From NCBI GenBank assembly GCA_044225365.1, contig JBGAIQ010000066.1:1-28316 (forward strand): a stretch of 28,316 bases of DNA. The letters run 5' to 3'. Below the pieces are notes generated by a model, which did no database searches, was not told where the DNA came from, and saw only the letters and a list, made by a program, of their open reading frames with translations. The position numbers and the translations under genes are program-made. Positions 1-7,142 of the stretch are shown piece after piece (position 1 is the stretch's first letter; every line of letters starts with the position of its first letter). Source of the DNA: Planctomycetota bacterium. Lineage in GTDB: Bacteria; Planctomycetota; B15-G4; JADJEK01.

Positions 1-172
1 CATCTTGGTCTTCGGACCGCCACGCTCCAGCGTGGCATCCTTCCGTCGATGCCAGGCAGAGCCTGGCGGTCCCCATCCGTCGTACCATCGACCGATGCCA
101 TCTTGGTCTTCGGACCGCCACGCTCCAGCGTGGCATTCTTCCGTCGATGCCAGGCAGAGCCTGGCGGTCCCC
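1..172. repeat. Tandem REPIN-like repeat: two 74-bp copies (1-74, 99-172; period 98), each an inverted doublet of palindromic REP-like units
   Basis: The copies differ at one position (39 C vs 137 T). Each holds GGACCGCCACGCTCCAGCGTGGCATC (14-39) and, inverted, GGACCGCCAGGCTCTGCCTGGCATC (revcomp of 48-72). It lies just 3' of the minus-strand gene ending at 183 and may continue beyond the window. Confidence 0.85.
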
Positions 173-182
173 GTACCCACCC

Positions 183-1253
183 TCAGATCGCCGTCCGCCT
201 GGCGGACCGAGCCGCCCATCCCGCGAGCGCGGACACGATCATCGCGGCGACGACGGCGAGCGTCAGGAGGAGCGGCCGTAGGCGCAACTGCTCGAGCAGG
301 AACAGGCCGAGGAGTTCGAGTAGCCGCGCGGCGCTCGCGCCGGGCGATTCGATCTCGACGCGACGCGCGGTGGCCTTGCCGTTCGCGACCTCCACGACGA
401 CGAAGCCATACGAATCGAATCCGCGCTCCGAACGCCCGCCCGCGGTTCCCGAAACGATCTGGGTGACGCCCGACACCTCCCGCCGGTCGTAGACGTCGAG
501 GTGCGCCGCGAGGACGAGATCGACGTGATGCTCGATGCACAGAGCGCGCAGGCGATCCTCGCCGTCGTCGTCCGTATCGATGCCGTTCTTCGTCGCGAGT
601 TCCTTCGGTTCCGAATGCCCCGATCCGATCGATCCCGAACCGATCGCAAAGACAGGTTTGTGCGCGACGACGAAGAGCGGCCCGCTGCGGGGCGCCGCCA
701 GGTCCTTCTCGATGCGATCGAGCTCAGGAGGACGCAGCACTTCCCGGGCGTCGTCGAGGCCCACGAAGCGTGCGCCGCCGAACTCGAACGACCAATCCGA
801 CGACCCGAAGAACGCGCGATGCAGCCACGGCGGATCGTGCGACCCGCGGACGGTGGCCACGCGCTCGGCGTAGCCGAAGTCGCGCAGATCGGTCATCAGG
901 AGCGCGTAAGCCATCTCGGTTCCGTAGAAGACGAGATTGCCCGGGAGGACGACGAAGAGGCAGCCCTCCTTCTTCGCGCGCTCGAGGCACGCGCGGAACA
1001 CATCGCGCTCGTCCTCGCGATCGCCGAGCACGGCGAACGAAAAGCCCCCCGCGGTATCGACGTTGCCGATCCGCGCCGGAAGGTCCTTCGCCTCGATCGC
1101 GCGTCCCGGCGACAGTTCGATGCGCGCGCGGATCGCGACGAACAACACGGCGAGGACGGCGATCGCGAGGCCGAGTCGGACCGCGCCCTGCACGCTCCGC
1201 GCGAGGATTCGAACGACGAGGACGGTTCGCGGGTGCGAGGCGGACGGCGTCAT
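183..1253 (-). CDS. Membrane-anchored calcineurin-like metallophosphoesterase with degenerate motifs
   Basis: Motifs in the expected order: FAVLGD, VVLPGNLV, VRGSHD, FVVAHKP, LVLAAHLD, then IVSGTAGG. N- and C-terminal hydrophobic helices. Start placed at ATG 1253 (AAGGA upstream) rather than 1373. Confidence 0.8.
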   Translation of the reverse strand: MTPSASHPRTVLVVRILARSVQGAVRLGLAIAVLAVLFVAIRARIELSPGRAIEAKDLPARIGNVDTAGGFSFAVLGDREDERDVFRACLERAKKEGCLFVVLPGNLVFYGTEMAYALLMTDLRDFGYAERVATVRGSHDPPWLHRAFFGSSDWSFEFGGARFVGLDDAREVLRPPELDRIEKDLAAPRSGPLFVVAHKPVFAIGSGSIGSGHSEPKELATKNGIDTDDDGEDRLRALCIEHHVDLVLAAHLDVYDRREVSGVTQIVSGTAGGRSERGFDSYGFVVVEVANGKATARRVEIESPGASAARLLELLGLFLLEQLRLRPLLLTLAVVAAMIVSALAGWAARSARRTAI

Positions 1254-1487
1254 GCGGAGGTCGGTTTCCTTCTCGCACATCTTGCAGATCGGCCGCTTCG
1301 ACCCCGCCCCCGGAAATCGCTTCGTGAAGAGAATCGTCGAATGGCTCGATCGTCCATGGCGCTCGCCGCGCAATCGACTAAATAAGAGTCCACGATTATC
1401 TTAGGTACCGAGGCCGAGCGAGAAGTGCGCAGGCGAGGAGGATCGACGAGGCGACTCAGGAAGAAGAGTCGGCGAGGAGATCCGACG

Positions 1488-2117
1488 ATGCATGCGCGCT
1501 TCGCAGCCGGCCGCAGGCCTGCGCTCGTCTTCGTCATCGTGGTCTCCGTGCTCGCCGCGCTCGTCCTCGGCGTCGTCGGGTTCTTCGCGTGGACCGGAGT
1601 GATGGGTGATCATTTCGCCGTCGTCGATCCGGGGCGCTTCTATCGCAGCGGGAAGATGGATGGCGAAGCGCTGCGGCGCGTCGTCACGCAAAACGGGATC
1701 CGGTCCGTCGTGAATCTCTGCGGCAAGCAGTCGGGCAAGGACTGGTACGACGCCGAGATCGCCCTCTGCAAGGACCTCGGGATCGCGCATCAGGACATTC
1801 GGATCAGTCCCGGCGAAGCGCCCGCGCGATCGACGCTGCGCGACCTCATCGCGGCGTTCGACACCGGGCCGTATCCGATGCTCATGCATTGTGGAGGCGG
1901 CGCCGATCGTGCGGGCTTCGCGTCCGCGCTGTACGAGATCGTGGTGCGAGGCGAGGACGAACGTCGCGCGGTCGCGACGCAGATGACCTGGCAGAACGGG
2001 CACCTGCCCTTCCTCGGCTTCGAGCAGCTCGATCGCTTCTTCGAGATCGCGCGCGGGCGCCCGGCGGGCGAGGATTTTCGCACCTTCGTGCTGAATCGCT
2101 ACGAAGCGGATTCGTGA
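1488..2117 (+). CDS. Dual-specificity/tyrosine phosphatase-like (CX5R) protein with N-terminal TM anchor
   Basis: P-loop MHCGGGADRAG (HCxxGxDRxG), FYRSG and GIRSVVNL segments, N-terminal TM helix. AGGAG precedes ATG 1488. Confidence 0.88.
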   Translation: MHARFAAGRRPALVFVIVVSVLAALVLGVVGFFAWTGVMGDHFAVVDPGRFYRSGKMDGEALRRVVTQNGIRSVVNLCGKQSGKDWYDAEIALCKDLGIAHQDIRISPGEAPARSTLRDLIAAFDTGPYPMLMHCGGGADRAGFASALYEIVVRGEDERRAVATQMTWQNGHLPFLGFEQLDRFFEIARGRPAGEDFRTFVLNRYEADS

Positions 2118-2126
2118 CCTGCGCGC

Positions 2127-3716
2127 TCACTCGAGGGCCGCCGCGTAGACGTTCCAACCCGCGCTGTGCACGACGCGCCACTTCATCGGACCGGAACAAT
2201 CGAGCGCGGCCTCCACTTTGGAGTGTCGACGTTCGCGCGAGATGAGGACGCAGCGCTTGGCGTCGAGGCGGAGCAGCTCCTTCGCCGCGTCGTCGAGCGA
2301 ACCGTCTCGTCCGATCGGGTTCGCGAGATCCTCCACGTCGGCGACGCGCTTCAACCCCCGCCCGAGCTCGAACGAGAGGCCATAGAGTTCGTCCTCGTGA
2401 TACACGAACACGCTCGCGTCCTTCGCGACCGACTCGATCGCACCCGCGAGTCGCGTCATGTCGTGATCGGTATCGATGCGGCTCCAGACGAGCTTCGTCG
2501 CGAACAGCAGGGCGACGGAGGCGCCGAGCCATTTCAGGACGGACGGCCCGCGCGAGCGTGTCGTGCGGCCATCGACTTCGCGTCGCCGCGTCGCCCCGGT
2601 CGCAATAGTCGCCCCAGTCGCCCCAGTCGCCCGGGTCGCCAGAAGGAGAGCGATCGCGGGGAAGAGCGGGAGCACGTAGAGCGGCAATCGGCTGCGCGAG
2701 AGCGAGAGCGCTCCGAGCGGGATCAGCACCCAGTAGGCGAAGAGCCGGTCGTTCGAATACGCCGGGCCGAGGGTCCAACGCGAAAGTCGCGCGCGAAATC
2801 GCGCGAGTCGCGAAGTCCCCACGGTTCCACTCGACTCGCTTCCGCCGGCCCAGAGAGGAATCAACCAGAGGCCGGCGCCGAACAGCAGCGGCGGGAGATA
2901 GATCACGAATGGCTTGAACCAGAGCGCGTTGCGGCCCGCGGAATCGGTGAGCGTACGGTCGAGGATCTCGTGATGGATCCAGTAGTCGATCACCGATGGA
3001 TCGTGAATCGCGACGACGACGTACCAGCTCACGCCGACGACGACTCCCAAGAGGATCGCGATCGGATTGCCGATTCCGAGGGGTTGCCCGGGGCGGCGCG
3101 CGCTCCGCGCGAACAGGTAGGCGATCGGTACCACTGCGATCAGCGCGATCGGCCCCTTGGTGAGGAAAGCGAGCCCGAGGCTCAGGTAGCAGGCGACGAT
3201 CCAGCGCGCCGACCGTGCGCGCACTGAGTCGCGTTCGGCGACGGCGCGCGCGGCGGCGAGGACGGCGAACGTCTCGAACATCGTGAGCAGCACATCGGTC
3301 GACGCGCCCCAGGCCATCAGCGCGGGAAAGGGCGCGGTCGCGTAGATCAGCGCCGCGAGGCCGCCGGCGCGCCGCGACGCGAGCGTGCGACCGAGGAGGC
3401 AGATCGCACCGACCGTGAGGATGAAGGCGATGGCGTTGGCGAGGCGCGCGCCCGCGTCGTTCGCACCGAGGATCTTCATGCCGATGGCGATCGCCCAGTA
3501 CGCGAGGGGCGGCTTGGTCCAATGCGGCTCGCCCTCGAGCGTCGGGACGAGCCACTGACCCGAGTCGAGCATTTCACGGGCGCACTGCGCGTAGCGCCCT
3601 TCGGTCGGCTCGTAGATCCCGCGCGACGCGAGGAACGGCAACGCGACGAGCGCCGCCACGAGCATGGCGCCGAACGGCGAGAAGAAGAAGGCGCGGCCGG
3701 TGAAGCGTCGACGCAT
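2127..3716 (-). CDS. ArnT/PMT-family (GT-C fold) integral membrane glycosyltransferase
   Basis: EGRYAQCAREM..SGQWLVPTL.GEPHWTKPPLAYW, DVLLT, LAFLTKGP and YVLPLFP motifs with many TM segments. Start uncertain; ATG 3716 chosen. Confidence 0.9.
   Translation of the reverse strand: MRRRFTGRAFFFSPFGAMLVAALVALPFLASRGIYEPTEGRYAQCAREMLDSGQWLVPTLEGEPHWTKPPLAYWAIAIGMKILGANDAGARLANAIAFILTVGAICLLGRTLASRRAGGLAALIYATAPFPALMAWGASTDVLLTMFETFAVLAAARAVAERDSVRARSARWIVACYLSLGLAFLTKGPIALIAVVPIAYLFARSARRPGQPLGIGNPIAILLGVVVGVSWYVVVAIHDPSVIDYWIHHEILDRTLTDSAGRNALWFKPFVIYLPPLLFGAGLWLIPLWAGGSESSGTVGTSRLARFRARLSRWTLGPAYSNDRLFAYWVLIPLGALSLSRSRLPLYVLPLFPAIALLLATRATGATGATIATGATRRREVDGRTTRSRGPSVLKWLGASVALLFATKLVWSRIDTDHDMTRLAGAIESVAKDASVFVYHEDELYGLSFELGRGLKRVADVEDLANPIGRDGSLDDAAKELLRLDAKRCVLISRERRHSKVEAALDCSGPMKWRVVHSAGWNVYAAALE
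2590..2640. repeat. Imperfect 9-bp coding tandem repeat (GTCGCCCCA-like) encoding ATGATGATIATGAT
   Basis: gtcgccccg gtcgcaata gtcgcccca gtcgcccca gtcgcccgg; unit length preserves the frame. Confidence 0.6.
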
Positions 3717-3935
3717 TGCAGCTTTCGATCCTCGCATCGCGATCGCGAGCGAAGTCGTACCGTAGCGAGCGAGGCGTGAGCGACGGATGAAGAGCCTGTC
3801 AGTCGCGAATTTGCATGCGTGGCGCCGTTCGGACGCGCGGCACGGTTCACATCCGTCCGCCTCGTCGAGCGCCGCGACACGCGGACCAACGTTTGCCGGT
3901 ATCGACATGGGCGACGTTCAAATCAAACACGACTG

Positions 3936-4007
3936 CGGGCGCCCAAGCCGTGCGCCCCTACCACCGAACGCCGTACTGTTCTGTCGGGGCGGGCGGCTAT
4001 CCGCCCG
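3936..4007. repeat. Inverted doublet of GTAG-class REP-like palindromes
   Basis: Revcomp of 3936-3961 is GTAGGGGCGCACGGCTTGGGCGCCCG; 3983-4007 is GTCGGGGCGGGCGGCTATCCGCCCG. Both are a GT(A/C)G tetramer plus a GGGCG...CGCCC hairpin, in intergenic DNA. Confidence 0.65.
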
Positions 4008-4207
4008 GCACTGCGATCCCGAAACGCGGTTTGCCGCTCCACGTCCCCTGCACGCCGATCGGATCCTTTCACCATCGCGCGGACGCGTCGCTTGACGTTG
4101 CGCCGGATTCGAGGCATCGTTGCTGAGGTGCGGGCGGGAAAGGATCGCGTCCCGCGTCGAGCGTGGTGGAAAAAATGCGGGTGTGAGATCCGCGAGGGAG
4201 AGTCGCG

Positions 4208-6871
4208 ATGCAATTGGGTCGTAGATCGAGTGGTGCGGTCGCCACCAACGCGAAGCGGACGACTCGCGCTGCGCGACTCTTTGCAGCGTCGATGCTCGCA
4301 TGCGTCGGCCTGTCCCTCTCCACGGCGAGCGCTGCCGATCCCTTCCTGAAGGGCCGGCTCGGCAAGCCCGTGGTGCGCGAGGCGCGCGGCCTGCACACGA
4401 CGAGCGGATTCGTCGCGAATCGAGGGCAGTGGGCGGCAGGAGTGTTGTTCTTCGCGCGCGCGGGCGGGATCGACGCGACGCTGACGCGCGATGCGCTCGT
4501 ATTCCGTCCGAGTCCTCCCGACCCCGGGAGCGGGCGAGCGTGGCCGGCGCCGCTGGTGCTGCGGTTGCCGGGAGCGGGAGATGCAGAAGTAAGCGGCGAA
4601 GCCGCATTGCCGACCGCGTACAACTACTTCCTCGGATCCGATCCCTCGCGCTGGGCGAGCGAGGTGCCCGGATTCGAGCGCGTGGTCTATCGCGGGGTGC
4701 TGCCGGGGATCGACGTCGTGGTGCGGATCGAGAAGGATGCCGCGGGCGGCGCCGAGAAGTTCGCGTACGACCTCTCGCTGGCGCCATTCGCGAAGCTCGA
4801 GGACTTCGTGCTCGACGTCGAAGGCGCGGAGTTGCTCGCGGTGACGAGCACGGGCGCGCTGTCCCTGAGCACGGCGGCGGGAGTGGTGGAGCAACGGATC
4901 GGCGCGGCCTGGCAGGCCGATGGAGCGACCCATACATCCGGCGATGCATCGGGCGATGCATTGGGCGATGCGTCGGTCGGGATCTCCGAGAAGCGAAAGC
5001 CGATCTCCGCTGCATTCCGCTTGCTCGAAGGCGACGCGGGGAAGCTGCGTGTGGGTTTCGCCGCGGCGGGGCGCGACGAGAGCCGCGCCTTCGTGCTAGA
5101 CCCGACGCTGGCGTGGGCCACGTACGTGGGCAGCATCGGACAGGAATACATCCGCGACATCGAAGTCGACGCGGCGGGTGCGACCTACCTTCTATGTAGA
5201 ACGTCTGACAGCACGCCGACGACGCCCGGAGCGTTTCAACCGCAATGGAGCCCCATCTTCAGTGCGTGGATCGGGAAGCTGTCGCCGACCGGGAGCAGCC
5301 TGCTGTGGGCGACGTTCCTCGGTGGAGTGGACGGGGAAGAGCCGACCTCTCTCGACGTGGCGCCGGACGGCTCGGTGATCGTGTTCGGCGAGACCTGGTC
5401 GCAGGACTTCCCAGTGACGCCGGGATGCCTGCAGCCGGTGGCGGTCGGCGTGCCGATCAAGGACGAGCTGTTCGTGACGCACTTGAACGCGAGCGGCTCG
5501 GCGCTGGTGTGGTCGACGTTCTACGGGGGGCCAGGCAACGAGTTCCCCGGAGTGGCGGCGTTCGCCCCGAACGGCGACGTGGTGATCTCGGCGGAGCCGG
5601 ACACGGCGCTGCCGCCGGCGACGCCGGGTGCGTTCGACACGGTGTTCAACAGCGGACCGCTCTACACCAACCACGACCAGTTTCTGGCGCGGATCAGCGC
5701 CGACGGTGCGCACCTAGTGTTCCAAACCTATTTCAAGTCGGGCGACGTACAGGACATGCTGGTCGACTCGAAGGACGACATCCTGTTCGCCGGAGTCATT
5801 GAACTTAGCGACGCGCCGATGCCGGTGACCCCCGGGGCCTTCAAAACCACGACGGTGAGCATCAACGACGGGTAAGTCGCAAAGCTGAGCGGGAACGGCC
5901 AGCAGTTGCGCTGGTCGACCTACTTCGGCGGCGACCAAAACGGTGACGCGATCTGGGGCATCGCGATCGACGCCGCATCGGCGGTGTACGTGACGGGTCA
6001 GACCACTTCGGACGATTTTCCCGTGACTTCGGGGGCGTTCAGCACGCATCTTGGCGGCTCCGACGACGGGTTCGTGGCGAAGCTCCTGCCGGAGGGGACT
6101 GGACTCGTATGGTCGACCTACTTCGGATCGACCTGTTGCGGCGGCGGGGGGAGCGAGTACGACGTCGCGGTGGATACCGCGGGGAACGCCTGGACGGTCG
6201 GAGATGCGAACGAGCCCGTATTCCCGACCACGCCCGACGCCTTCCAGCCGAATTACACCGGGCCATTCCCGAGCGCGGATTCGCACCTCACGAAATTCGA
6301 CGCGCTCGGCGAGTCGCTGGTGTACTCCTCGTGGTACGCCGGATCGAACACGGACTACTTCGGCTACATCGACCTCGACGGCGGCCAGGAACCGCACATC
6401 GCGATCGTCTCCTACTCCTCGAATATCCCGGTGACGGCGGGGGCCTACGACACCTCGTTCAACGGGAACGCCGACATGGTGGTCGCGAAGTTCGACTTGC
6501 CGCTCTTGCCGTGGCAGGTGCTGGGCGGCGGGAAGAAGGGAGCGATGGACCACCCGAATCTCGCGGGGAAGGGCGCACTCACTCCGGGATCGCCGGGACG
6601 CCTCGCAGTGCGCGGTGCCGCGAAGAATTCGAGCGCGCTGCTCTTTGCCGGCCTGACGGCGATCAACGCGCCGATCTTGGGAGGCATGTTCGTGCCCTCG
6701 CCGCAAATCCTAGTGTCGCTTACGACCGACGCCGCCGGCGGACTCGATCTGCCTTTCGTCTGGCCGCTCATCCCATTGGGGATCGATCTCTATGTCCAGG
6801 TATGGGTCGCGGACGCGGGAGCGACGCTAGGCTACAGCGCCACGAACGGGTTGAAACTGACCTCGCAATAA
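4208..6871 (+). pseudogene. Secreted SBBP-repeat beta-propeller protein, paralog 1, interrupted by an in-frame TAA at 5873-5875
   Basis: ORFs 4208..5875 and 5906..6871 are in the same frame. Reading through gives DG*VAKLSGNGQQLRWSTY, matching DGFVAKMNGLGSHLLWATY of paralog 2. Signal peptide, GFVANRGQW N-domain, LDPTLAWATY, repeated WSTY/FPVT.GAF blades. GAGGGAG upstream of ATG 4208. Confidence 0.85.
4937..4975 (+). repeat. 12-bp coding tandem repeat x3 (SGDA/SGDA/LGDA)
   Basis: tccggcgatgca tcgggcgatgca ttgggcgatgcg; the equivalent loop of paralog 2 lacks it. Confidence 0.7.
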
Positions 6872-6921
6872 CGAGCGACCTCGCGCTTCGCGATCGGCGC
6901 TGCCATGCGCCATGGCCTGCC

Positions 6922-6946
6922 GTAGGAGTCGACGGCTGTCGACCCG
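6922..6946 (+). repeat. Single GTAG-class REP-like palindrome
   Basis: GTAGGAGTCGACGGCTGTCGACCCG: GTAG followed by a GTCGAC-N4-GTCGAC hairpin, between the two SBBP paralogs. Confidence 0.5.
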
Positions 6947-7142
6947 TATGCCCGGACGAGTGGAAGCGAGTCTTGCCAGACGGGGATCTCAGAAAGCGCG
7001 TGGCGCACGAGACCCATATACCCTTTGCCTTCGTGCCGGCGATGACCGAGAATTCGATCGGAGTCGGACGAAACGCGAAACGGCCACCTTTGTCGCCTTG
7101 GCGTTGCGCAAGCTTCTCGAGGTGAGGTGAGCGAGGGGCAGC

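Noticed and set aside
1-172. CRISPR array
   Set aside because: The 74-bp repeat is too long, only two copies are visible, there are no cas genes, and the internal structure fits a REP doublet.
5873-5875. Stop-codon reassignment or Sec/Pyl recoding
   Set aside because: The codon is TAA, not TGA or TAG, the aligned residue is aromatic, and TAA terminates the same gene at 6869-6871.
5906-6871. Independent 321-aa gene
   Set aside because: It starts mid-blade at a TTG with no signal peptide or clear RBS, and is the in-frame continuation of 4208-5875.
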